NCBI GenBank assembly: GCA_964519445.1
Contig: CAZFIH010000001.1
Coordinates: 2,144-66,143 of the forward strand
DNA length: 64,000 nucleotides
Direction: 5' to 3'
Origin: an uncultured Bdellovibrionales bacterium
GTDB lineage: Bacteria; Patescibacteriota; Minisyncoccia; Moranbacterales; UBA11712
Shown: in pieces, positions 29,551-38,208 of the stretch
How the letters are laid out: each line of letters opens with the position of its first letter
Position numbering within the stretch: the first letter of the stretch is position 1
Position numbers and translations under genes: made by a program
Notes under the pieces: generated by a model
Database searches by the model: none
Told to the model about the DNA's origin: nothing
What the model saw: only the letters and a program-made list of their open reading frames with translations

Positions 29551-30651
29551 TTATTGGTATTTGTGCGCGCGGAGCGCGTTCTCAATGTGGTATTTCATTT
29601 TACTCTTAAATATTTCTCTGTCAAATGGGAGAGCTCTCTGGCGGATCGCGTCAGAGTCGAAGTTTTGAGCATTGAATTTTCGAAGAATATTCATAAGAGA
29701 AGCAGAAGTTTGATCTTCGAAGAAAAGGCCGTCAACGCCTTCCCGCACGTGTTCAACGATATCCCCTCCCCGAAAAGCGATAATGGGTTTTCCGGAGGCC
29801 ATGGCCTCAACAGCCACGATTCCAAAATCTTCTTCCTGCGGAAAAATGAAAGCTTGAGCTTGAGCGTACACTTTGGCCAGTTCTTCATCACTCACTCGAC
29901 CCATGAATTCAATCGTGGGGCCGGCCATTTTCTGAAGCCGGTTTTGGTCGGGGCCGCGGCCAATGATTTTGAGAGGCCAGCCGAGCCGGTTGAAAGTTTC
30001 GATGACGATGTCAAATCTTTTGTAAGTCATCAGTCTTCCCACCATCAAAAAATAATCGCCTCGATTGGGATCGAGATGGAATTTTCCAGTGTCAACTGGA
30101 GGGTTTATGACCGTGGATTCTTTTTTGTAGTATTTTTTTATCCGCCCGGCCACGAACTTGGAATTGGCGACATACTCGCTCGGCCTTTCAGCGCTTAGCC
30201 GATCCCAGACGCGTATGAAATTCATGAAAAACGGGACCGACTTTCTGATAATCTTGGGAAATCCGAATTCGTCGATGTATTTTTGGCAATCATCCCAGGC
30301 GTATCGCATCGGCGTATGGCAATAGCAGACGTGGTGGACATGGGGCGGCGAGATGACGCCTTTGGCGTAGCTTGAAGAGTCCGAAAGAATGACGTCGTAT
30401 TTTGAGAGGTCGAACTGTTCGATGGCGAGCGGCATCAAGGGTGGAAATATGCGGTGATTTTTTCGGGAATAGGGAAAATTTTGGAGAAACGAGGTATATA
30501 TCCTTTTTTCTCTGAAAATGCCGTGAGTCTTTTTTTCGTCGTAAATAAGCGTATAAATCGGCGCGTAAGGCCAGATTTCAGCGAAGCATTCGAGAACCCG
30601 CTCGGCTCCGCCGTATTGGACGAGATAGTCGTGAACAAGGGCTATTTTCAT
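29551..30651 (-). CDS. glycosyltransferase family 4
   Basis: EDFGIVAVEAMASGKPII motif. Confidence 0.8.
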   Translation of the reverse strand: MKIALVHDYLVQYGGAERVLECFAEIWPYAPIYTLIYDEKKTHGIFREKRIYTSFLQNFPYSRKNHRIFPPLMPLAIEQFDLSKYDVILSDSSSYAKGVISPPHVHHVCYCHTPMRYAWDDCQKYIDEFGFPKIIRKSVPFFMNFIRVWDRLSAERPSEYVANSKFVAGRIKKYYKKESTVINPPVDTGKFHLDPNRGDYFLMVGRLMTYKRFDIVIETFNRLGWPLKIIGRGPDQNRLQKMAGPTIEFMGRVSDEELAKVYAQAQAFIFPQEEDFGIVAVEAMASGKPIIAFRGGDIVEHVREGVDGLFFEDQTSASLMNILRKFNAQNFDSDAIRQRALPFDREIFKSKMKYHIENALRAHKYQ

Positions 30652-30798
30652 AAGAGATGATGCTAATCCGCCAACCTTATGCTAATCAACGAATTGCGAA
30701 TTGTGCGAATAAATTTTAGCTTTTTTGGGCGGTTTTAGCAAATGAAAAGCCCTGCCGTCGTTTGGCGGCAGGGCTTGGGTTGCCGAAAAATATCTCCC

Positions 30799-30984
30799 TT
30801 ATTTGTAGGGCGGAAAAGGAGCACCCGTAGCGGCTAGAAATGCCGCTACTCCAATTAAAGTAAGTAAGAAGTGCCAACCCTTTTCCGGTACCCATAATCC
30901 CCCACAAGTGAATGCGGTGACAATCGCCGCTCCGATACAGAACCAGATCGCAACTTTTACATAAACCCAACTTGGAACTGGCAT
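30799..30984 (-). CDS. small 2-TM membrane protein (61 aa)
   Basis: Perfect SD AAGGAGGA 8 nt upstream of the ATG. A GCCCTGCCG/CGGCAGGGC hairpin lies downstream at 30748-30773. Confidence 0.5.
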   Translation of the reverse strand: MPVPSWVYVKVAIWFCIGAAIVTAFTCGGLWVPEKGWHFLLTLIGVAAFLAATGAPFPPYK

Positions 30985-31024
30985 GATTTAAATCCTCCTT
31001 GGATTGTTGAGATGAGACCTCGTC

Positions 31025-31369
31025 TTAATATTGCATTGGTCGATAGAAACCAGTAACGAAGTTGTTAAAAGATTCAGCGATCTGATCCCATCGTCGGTAC
31101 CATTTGCAGTTTTCCGGTCGAGCGAGGTAGGGCTTACTATTGGCTTGATCCCAAGGTCGTGGACAAGTGAACACCCAGGCGATATCTTTGGCCTGAGTAT
31201 TAGTAAGTCCAAGTTTACTAAAAAACTTACGAGCGTCTCCGTAGGATTCTAACGACGCCCATACTTCAGGTGGTATGAAAACCCCGACCTTTTTATTGTA
31301 AACATTAAAAAGCGCAATTGCGTCCTTTATCCGCTCCTTTTTGTTTTTTGGCCGTATGTATCCAGACAT
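31025..31369 (-). CDS. hypothetical Trp/Tyr-rich protein (114 aa)
   Basis: Intact ORF with no family recognised. Confidence 0.4.
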   Translation of the reverse strand: MSGYIRPKNKKERIKDAIALFNVYNKKVGVFIPPEVWASLESYGDARKFFSKLGLTNTQAKDIAWVFTCPRPWDQANSKPYLARPENCKWYRRWDQIAESFNNFVTGFYRPMQY

Positions 31370-31385
31370 AACTTTTCTATCCTCC

Positions 31386-32390
31386 TCAAGATTCTAATTT
31401 TAGGATTTCGTAATTTCCGCTTTCATACAGTTCCAGAACAAAGAAACTTTTGGTCTCAGCAACGGACGGAATGTACAGCAAGTCATACTTCTCGAATAGT
31501 TCGAACCGATGCAAGTTTCCTTCGGCCCAGGCAATGATCCGGTTTGCCCGATCGAAGCGGTTTTGAAGTCCCCAAAATGCACGAAGCAATAGCCGACCCC
31601 AAAAGCTTTTGGCGAGTTTTCCGACGGTTCTGTATCCGCGGAAGTTTCTTTCTCGATGGAAATGTCCGCATATTACTTTCGTGATTTTATCCGCGCCGGG
31701 GAACTGGTCAATGACCTCAATTGCGTCCGCGTCGTGGAGAAAGAGGAAAACTTTCTGGCCGGCGGGGACGTTCAGGAGATATTCCGTGAGAAATATTTCC
31801 TGTTCATGCTTCAGAGATTCGATCTCTTTTCGTTCTTTGTCTTCAAGATGATCAGTGCTCTGAATGAAAAGCGAAGAAGAGACTGTGATGAAATGAAAAT
31901 CTCCATTTCGCCAGGCGTCGAAAAGCGGGCCGAGAATTTTCCTGAAATTCTCGAGGCTTGCCAGCCTCATTCCGCCCCCGGGGTCGACTTTGACGGGCAG
32001 TTGGTAGCCAAGTTCATGATCACCAGAAATAAAATGGGCACTTTCAGGCTCGATTCTGACAGAATAGAGCATGAAATTTTTCAGCATAGTGATTTCTTCC
32101 ACGTCAACTGAAGTGACGATACCCCTCTCGTTGTATACACATTCAATGAGATCGCCTGTAAAAATCAATCCGTCAAGATGTCCGATCTCCCCAGACATTT
32201 TCAAGTCATAAATCTTTAGGAGAGTTATTCGGAAATTTTGATTATTCAGCTTTTTCTGTTTTCGGAAAATTAGCCAATCCCACAATCTGTCCCAGCCCTT
32301 GACGACAATTCCCTTTTGTTTTTCAGGCGGAACAACCATCCACCAGTGGGCGTCCGACATCAGCAAATATCTGGCCAGCAGCTGGCTCAT
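31386..32390 (-). CDS. calcineurin-like metallophosphoesterase
   Basis: Motifs SDAHW, TGDLIE, GDHELG and CGHFH. Confidence 0.6.
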   Translation of the reverse strand: MSQLLARYLLMSDAHWWMVVPPEKQKGIVVKGWDRLWDWLIFRKQKKLNNQNFRITLLKIYDLKMSGEIGHLDGLIFTGDLIECVYNERGIVTSVDVEEITMLKNFMLYSVRIEPESAHFISGDHELGYQLPVKVDPGGGMRLASLENFRKILGPLFDAWRNGDFHFITVSSSLFIQSTDHLEDKERKEIESLKHEQEIFLTEYLLNVPAGQKVFLFLHDADAIEVIDQFPGADKITKVICGHFHRERNFRGYRTVGKLAKSFWGRLLLRAFWGLQNRFDRANRIIAWAEGNLHRFELFEKYDLLYIPSVAETKSFFVLELYESGNYEILKLES

Positions 32391-32467
32391 TTTCAGATCC
32401 CCCTAAGAAGGAATTTTATTCAAATTTTAAAGAATTCGGTGCATTGTATTACAAAAAAATAGCCTTG

Positions 32468-33085
32468 TCAATTTCTTTTGTCAGGCTTGGAATTGCCGAG
32501 TAAAACTTTCGACCGGCGTTTTTTGTAGATAGTGAAGACGATGAAAAACAAAACGGCGGCGGAGAAAATGACAATTCCCGCGTATTCGATGTACTGGCTG
32601 ATTTGCTCCGCGGCGTAGCCGAAGAAATAGCCGACAATCACCAAGCCCGTGCTCCAAATGAGTCCTCCCAGAACCGAAAAAGTGACAAATTTTCGAAAGC
32701 GCATTTTGAGCGTTCCGGCGGTGATGAAGGTGATATAGCTCAAGCCGGCCGTTGTTTTGATATAAAAAATTATTTTCCCGCTATTCTCATGAAATTTATT
32801 TTTGAGCTTTTCAACTGTAGCGGAATTGATTTTCAAAAATTTTTCCGCTTTGGCCAGGACGCGGGATCCGCCGAAGTAACCGATTCCGTAGAGAATAATA
32901 TCACCCAGGACATCGCCCAGAACGCTCATAACAAACACGATGAAAACATTGAAAAAACCCATGGAAGCCAAAAAAGCCGCGATCATCGTCGCGAAGGGCC
33001 CCTCCAGAGTCATAAAAAGAAGCATGGCCGGATAACCCCAATACGGGAGATGTCGGATGAATTCCCGGGAAGTTAGGTCAAGCAT
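32468..33085 (-). CDS. DedA/VTT-domain membrane protein
   Basis: GPFATMIAAFLASMG and GYFGG motifs with polytopic TM helices. Confidence 0.7.
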   Translation of the reverse strand: MLDLTSREFIRHLPYWGYPAMLLFMTLEGPFATMIAAFLASMGFFNVFIVFVMSVLGDVLGDIILYGIGYFGGSRVLAKAEKFLKINSATVEKLKNKFHENSGKIIFYIKTTAGLSYITFITAGTLKMRFRKFVTFSVLGGLIWSTGLVIVGYFFGYAAEQISQYIEYAGIVIFSAAVLFFIVFTIYKKRRSKVLLGNSKPDKRN

Positions 33086-33099
33086 AATTTATGAACTAT

Positions 33100-33194
33100 G
33101 AAATAAACGAAAGTACGAAACAGATTTCAAGATATTGATTGATTCATAAAGGGAAAAAGTTCCTGATATTTCAACGCTTTCGTATTTCGTAATG
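33100..33194. repeat. TACGAA-arm palindromic element between the dedA-like gene and the sugar transferase gene
   Basis: Arms ACGAAAGTACGAAAC / GCTTTCGTATTTCGTAA. The loop contains GATATTTCAACG. Confidence 0.6.
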
Positions 33195-34613
33195 CTAAAG
33201 ATTTTTCCTTTTCTTCATCAGCACGAAAAATGTTTTAAATAGAATTTCAATATCCATCCAGAGCGACCAGTTTTCAATGTAGTAAATGTCCAGTTGAGCC
33301 TCCTCGGAAAAGCTCAAATCGGACCGTCCCGAGATTTGGGCCATTCCCGTCACGCCGGGCTTGATGGAGAGAGTCCTCTTCTGCCAGGTCTCGTATTTTT
33401 CGACTTCGCGCGGCTGGTGAGGGCGCGGTCCGACAAGACTCATGTCTCCTTTGAGAACGTTCCAGAGCTGGGGAAGCTCGTCAATGGAGAGCGGTTCAAT
33501 GATTTTTCCCACTCGCGTTTTGCGAGGGTCCTTTTTTATTTTGTAAAGGGGGCCTTTGCGCACACTTTGCTTTTCGATAAGCTCTTTCTCATATTCCAAG
33601 GCGTCTTTCATGTTAGGATTTTGGGAGCCGACGCAATACTCTATTTTCATATAGCGAAATTTCAAAACATTGAAATTTCTCTTGTGGCCAACCCGTTCGT
33701 TTTTGAAGATGATGGGGCCTTTTGAATCGAGCTTGATGGCGATCGCCGTAAGAAGGAGCACTGGAGACATGAGCACGAGTCCGGTGAATGATCCGACAAT
33801 GTCAAACGCTCTTTTGATTATTTTCCCCCATCCGTCGAGCGGCGTGTTCTTGATGGCGATAATTGGTTCATCAAAAAGAGTTTTGATTTCAAAATTAGTG
33901 CTGACTGACTGAAGAATTGCCGGAACAAATTTGAATTCAATCCGATTTCGGTGGCAGAAGTCGCTGGCTTCGCGGAGTTTTTCCATGGCAATGTGCGGAT
34001 CGCAAACCAGAATCTCGTCTATTTTTTTGACTTTGTGGATTTCTTGAAGAGAATCAACGTTTATGTCATCTTTCCTGGCGATGATTTTGTACCCAAGACT
34101 GGGATTTTTGTGAAACTGTTCACACAGTGTGTCGCAGTATCTGCCGCTTCCAATCAGAACCATTCTGTGAAGGCCGATGCTCTTGTAGACAAGAAGGAGC
34201 CGTTGAAAGAAGTTAATGGCATAGCGGGACGTGGATACCAGGACGATAGCCAATCCCCAGGCTGTGAGTATGACAAAACGCGAAGAAAACCAGTCCCTTT
34301 GCAGGAATATGACAAAGATAATTAGTGTCACACCGACAGTGACGGAAAAAGCAATTTCAATCAGTTCTTTCCAGAAAACTCGGGTTGATTTGAGTGAATA
34401 TAGGCCCTGAATCGCAAAAATGACCAAAAAAAACGGGGCGATAATGAGGACCACCTTGAGATAAGCATTGAAGGGGAAATCAAATAAAACCGGCTTTATG
34501 TCGATGATGCCGGGAGTAAAACGAAACCAATAAGCAAGAACAGCCGCAGCTACGATCATCAGGAAGTCAACCGGAAGAAGCAGGAGAGCGAAGATTAGCT
34601 CTGATTTTTTCAT
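33195..34613 (-). CDS. polyprenyl-phosphate sugar phosphotransferase (bacterial sugar transferase, WbaP/EpsB-like)
   Basis: C-terminal [10 protein letters not shown]...[18 protein letters not shown] catalytic domain. N-terminal TMs. Confidence 0.85.
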   Translation of the reverse strand: MKKSELIFALLLLPVDFLMIVAAAVLAYWFRFTPGIIDIKPVLFDFPFNAYLKVVLIIAPFFLVIFAIQGLYSLKSTRVFWKELIEIAFSVTVGVTLIIFVIFLQRDWFSSRFVILTAWGLAIVLVSTSRYAINFFQRLLLVYKSIGLHRMVLIGSGRYCDTLCEQFHKNPSLGYKIIARKDDINVDSLQEIHKVKKIDEILVCDPHIAMEKLREASDFCHRNRIEFKFVPAILQSVSTNFEIKTLFDEPIIAIKNTPLDGWGKIIKRAFDIVGSFTGLVLMSPVLLLTAIAIKLDSKGPIIFKNERVGHKRNFNVLKFRYMKIEYCVGSQNPNMKDALEYEKELIEKQSVRKGPLYKIKKDPRKTRVGKIIEPLSIDELPQLWNVLKGDMSLVGPRPHQPREVEKYETWQKRTLSIKPGVTGMAQISGRSDLSFSEEAQLDIYYIENWSLWMDIEILFKTFFVLMKKRKNL

Positions 34614-34614
34614 G

Positions 34615-34660
34615 CGGTCGTTACGAAGTACGAACTCCTACGAAGTTGCGAACTCGTGCA
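34615..34660. repeat. tandem TACGAAGT(T)RCGAACTC direct repeat 3' of rnpB
   Basis: TTACGAAGTACGAACTCCTACGAAGTTGCGAACTCG. Homologous to the P3-internal TTACGAACATACGAACTACGAA. Confidence 0.55.
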
Positions 34661-34724
34661 AATTTATTATTTATATTCAAAAGCGAGTCCGATGGTGTTT
34701 CAAGGATTTATTTCAATAACACTA

Positions 34725-35416
34725 ATATATACAGTTAGCCAAAACCTGTAAGCCGGATTCTGTCCCCTCCCTTCACGAAGGAAGGGGGATAATCATTTAT
34801 CTAGCCCCGGCGTCGCCGACGGGGTCAAGCGTCTCCCCCTTTCTCTACCAAGGAAGGGGTACAGACTTGCATCAGGCAGGGTTTGCCAAGGCACGGCCGT
34901 TGCCAGCCGGCTCCAATCGCAGCTCAATACCTCACGTGAGTGAATATTGAACACCAATCGGCTTTTCACCTTTGACCGACGCGAAGCATCGGCTAGTATA
35001 GTCTCTGTGGCACTTTCCCTGAATCCATCTTTCAATGAAACCGATGGGCGTTATCCATTGCCTGCTTCCACCACTGCCTCGCAACGGGAGCTCCAATAAT
35101 CAAGCGCCAAATGACAAATAAATATCAATTACCGAAATTCTAATGACCAGAAGTTTTGGTTATCGGAAATTGGTATTTGGAAATTATTAGGTATTTGGAT
35201 TTTGAAATTTGGAATTTCCGATGCGAAGCATTGGAGGGATGTCCGGACTTTCCTCGCGGATCCTTACGAATTACGAATACGCTTCGCTCTTACGAACATA
35301 CGAACTACGAATTATCTTTATTAACATCAGAGGATGATGCGGGTTCGTAGATTCGTATTCATTCCGTAATTCGTAAGGATCCGCGCGATTATCCGGTTTT
35401 GGCTAACTGTATATAT
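34725..35416 (-). ncRNA. rnpB: RNase P RNA, about 690 nt, with expanded P3 and an inserted AT-rich hairpin
   Basis: On the minus strand: a 22-bp perfect terminal pairing ATATATACAGTTAGCCAAAACC / GGTTTTGGCTAACTGTATATAT (P1); GGATAATC/GATTATCC (P2); P4 5' strand GAGGAAAGTCCGGAC (plus 35241-35255); AAAGTGCCACAG (plus 35005-35016); P4 3' strand ACAGAATCCGGCTTA (plus 34749-34763). A consensus TTGACA-15-TATAAT promoter lies at 35417-35446. Confidence 0.75.
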
Positions 35417-35446
35417 TATAATACTTTGCCGACTTTGTCAACCTCG
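35417..35446 (-). promoter_or_regulatory. sigma70-type promoter (TTGACA ... TATAAT) for rnpB
   Basis: The minus strand reads TTGACAAAGTCGGCAAAGTATTATAATATATACAG. The transcription start falls at the P1 5' strand. Confidence 0.6.
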
Positions 35447-35884
35447 TTAGAAAATTCTCGATTGGGCCCGAGTGGCTTCGTCCAGGGCTATATTGGCCAG
35501 TTTGTCGGCTTCAACGTTTTTACTTCTGGGAATGTGGAAATATTTCACATCTTTGAAGTCTATGGATAGATTCCAGAGGAGTAAAAAAAATTTCTGAATA
35601 TTATCGTCGAGCACTTTGTATTTTTTGTTCAGTTGCTTCACCACCAGCTCGCTGTCCGAATAGCATTCCAGCTCCAGACTCTTGCTTTTTGTTTTTCCGT
35701 ATAGCAATTTGATTTTCTGGAGAGCAAAAACAAGAGCTTTGTACTCGGCTTCGTTGTTGGTGGCGTAGCCGATGAATTCTCGGTAGGTTTTTTTGCTTCC
35801 GGTACTCTCGATTACGACTCCGATGGCCGAAGGGCCGGGGTTCCCCCGCGCGGCTCCATCGGAATAGACTCGTATTTTACTCAT
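35447..35884 (-). CDS. rnhA: ribonuclease HI
   Basis: YSDGAARGNPGPSA, E-containing helix, HIPRSKN and ADKLAN motifs. Confidence 0.85.
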   Translation of the reverse strand: MSKIRVYSDGAARGNPGPSAIGVVIESTGSKKTYREFIGYATNNEAEYKALVFALQKIKLLYGKTKSKSLELECYSDSELVVKQLNKKYKVLDDNIQKFFLLLWNLSIDFKDVKYFHIPRSKNVEADKLANIALDEATRAQSRIF

Positions 35885-35901
35885 TTTTATTGGATAGTTA
35901 T

Positions 35902-37608
35902 TTAGGAATCCTTTCGGATGTCGATGATGTGAAGTTCAATCTTGTGATTCCCGTTGAATTCGTTGGATTTCAACTTAAAGGCAATAGAAACGCTCTCATT
36001 TTTTTTCAGCTGATAAAACTTCTCGTCGGCGTTGAAAAATATGCCTTCAAAATTTTTTGCCGGAATTTTTTTGGCGCTCAAGCGCAGTTTCAAATGCTTT
36101 CCCCCGTTTCCCACGAGCCGAGATTCTTCAATCAGCATGTTTTCAGCGGCGAAAATAGGCTCCCGATTTCCTTCTCCGAAAGGAGCAAATTTCTTGATTT
36201 CGGAAAGAAGATCCCAGTCAATCTGCTCCGGACCGATTGACAAGTCGATGTGAATGCTTTTCCCCCAGGTCTTTTTATCGTAGCTCTTTTCGGCGATTTT
36301 GCGCAAATTTTTTTCGAATTGAGGGAAATTATGCGGTTTTATTTTTATTCCCATGGCCTGCGCGTGCCCCCCGAAACTTTCCAGAAGGCGCTCCGACTCG
36401 GAAACGGACTCAATCAGGTTGAAATGCTCGATACTTCTTCCGGAACCCTCAATGATATGGTTTTCTTCTCGGAGCACGAAAGCGGGACAATGATATTCCT
36501 CCGAGAGTTTTCCGGCAACGACTCCCAAAACTCCCAAAGGCCAATGTTCCCCTTTTTTGATTATCAGCTTATGTTCAGTCTTCTCATCCATATTGGCTTT
36601 GATTTCCCTGTAAATTTCTTCCGTAATTTTTTGTCTCTGGCTGTTTTTCTTTTCCAGTTCCAGGGCGAGGACGCGTGCTTTGACCGGGTCTTTTTCGGAA
36701 AGGAGGTTGAGTGTTATGTCAGCGTGATCCATTCTTCCGGCGGCATTGAGCCGGGGCCCGATTTGGAAAGAGATCATCTCGGATTTCGGCGGACTGGCGT
36801 CACCAACGTTGAGACGGGCCGTTTTGATAATTTCTTGAAGGCCGAGCCGTTTTGTCTTTTGAAGAACGATAAGCCCGAATTTGGCAAAAATCCTGTTCTC
36901 TTCCAAAAGAGGGACGCAATCAGCGATTGTTCCGATAGCAACCAGATCCAGGAGCCATTTCAGTTGTTCTATTTTTCCCGGCATGGCTTTTTTCCAAAGA
37001 GCGCTCGCAACCTTGAACACGACGCCCACTCCGGCCAGTTCCTGAAAAGGATACTTCTGATCCGGAAGTTTGGGATTGATGAGAATGGCGCCTTGAGGCA
37101 GGGTCTTGGGAATTGAATGGTGATCTATGACGATTACATCCATGTCTAGTTTTCGAGCATAAAGAATCTCTTTCCTGTTTGATATGCCGCAATCGACCGT
37201 GACAAGCAGATCAGGATCATACTCTTTTTTCAGGAAGTCAAGAGCGGCGCTGTTGAGGCCGTATCCTTCCTTGTTGCGGTCCGGAATATAGGTATTGGGT
37301 TCCAAGCCTACTAATTGCAATGCTTCTTTGAGAACGAGAGTCGAAGTGATTCCGTCTGCGTCATAGTCGCCGAAAATGACCACAGACTCTTTTTTTTCAA
37401 GGGATTTTTCAAACCTCTCTATGGCTTCTTTTGCCCCTGACAAATCCGTCGGATTATGAAGATCCTCATATGTTGCGTTGAAAAAACGTTCGATTTCCTC
37501 TTTAGAAAAAAAACCTCTCTGGAGAAGGAGCTTGAGAGTTATGGGATTCAGGGTGAGTGGCCGTAGATTTTCCGGCATCTTGGGCACCGGGCGAAAAGTC
37601 CATTTCAT
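35902..37608 (-). CDS. recJ: single-stranded-DNA-specific exonuclease RecJ
   Basis: DHH motifs (IFGDYDADGITS, DHHS) and a DHHA1 domain. Confidence 0.85.
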   Translation of the reverse strand: MKWTFRPVPKMPENLRPLTLNPITLKLLLQRGFFSKEEIERFFNATYEDLHNPTDLSGAKEAIERFEKSLEKKESVVIFGDYDADGITSTLVLKEALQLVGLEPNTYIPDRNKEGYGLNSAALDFLKKEYDPDLLVTVDCGISNRKEILYARKLDMDVIVIDHHSIPKTLPQGAILINPKLPDQKYPFQELAGVGVVFKVASALWKKAMPGKIEQLKWLLDLVAIGTIADCVPLLEENRIFAKFGLIVLQKTKRLGLQEIIKTARLNVGDASPPKSEMISFQIGPRLNAAGRMDHADITLNLLSEKDPVKARVLALELEKKNSQRQKITEEIYREIKANMDEKTEHKLIIKKGEHWPLGVLGVVAGKLSEEYHCPAFVLREENHIIEGSGRSIEHFNLIESVSESERLLESFGGHAQAMGIKIKPHNFPQFEKNLRKIAEKSYDKKTWGKSIHIDLSIGPEQIDWDLLSEIKKFAPFGEGNREPIFAAENMLIEESRLVGNGGKHLKLRLSAKKIPAKNFEGIFFNADEKFYQLKKNESVSIAFKLKSNEFNGNHKIELHIIDIRKDS

Positions 37609-37641
37609 TTAGCTAGCTCAAAGAATGAGTAGATTAGAGAA

Positions 37642-38208
37642 TTATCCGCACCGGGGACATCTGAAAGAGGCATCAAATCTTGTTTCTTCGGCTTTGGGGC
37701 GAAGTTCGAGAAGCATCAGGCTCTGACAAACCGGACATTTGAAGCTTTTTTTTGAAAGCGTGGCCGCCAAGCGGGGAGCGTCCCAAGCATTCGAGTCAAA
37801 ACTGATTCGGTATGAATCTTCGGGCTTGCTGTGAGTGAGATTTTTTACTCGCTTGACAATTTCATTGGCGGTGACTGCTCCCTGAATCATAAATTCCGAA
37901 ATTCCGAATTCCCGAGCTTTTTTCCGGTCTTCTTCTCTTCCCAAATGAGAAAGAATAGCGACGGGGATTTTTTTTGTGTCGACATTTTCCCGAAGAGTTT
38001 TGATGAGCCCGAATCCGTCCATTCGGGGCATTATGATCCCCGTTAGGATTACGTCCGGATTCTCTTTGGTCGCCACGTCGACTCCCTCTAATCCGTCGGC
38101 GGCTTCCAAGACATCAAAACCCTTTTGCTTGAAAACCTGAACATATGTATCTCGAATAATATCATCGTCGTCCACGATAAGTATTTTCAGTTTTTTTCCA
38201 TTTTCCAT
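37642..38208 (-). CDS. response regulator receiver domain fused to a C-terminal Cys4 zinc ribbon
   Basis: Receiver motifs (ILIVDDDD, phospho-Asp region MPRMDG, K in ILSHLG) followed by CPVC...CPRC. Confidence 0.7.
   Translation of the reverse strand: MENGKKLKILIVDDDDIIRDTYVQVFKQKGFDVLEAADGLEGVDVATKENPDVILTGIIMPRMDGFGLIKTLRENVDTKKIPVAILSHLGREEDRKKAREFGISEFMIQGAVTANEIVKRVKNLTHSKPEDSYRISFDSNAWDAPRLAATLSKKSFKCPVCQSLMLLELRPKAEETRFDASFRCPRCG

Noticed and set aside
34745-34830. tmRNA, because of a GC-rich structured region and a GACAGAATCCGG T-arm-like word
   Set aside because: The region is better explained as the 3' domain of RNase P RNA (ACAGAATCCGGCTTA P4 strand). No tRNA-like acceptor/T-arm or resume-codon context is present.
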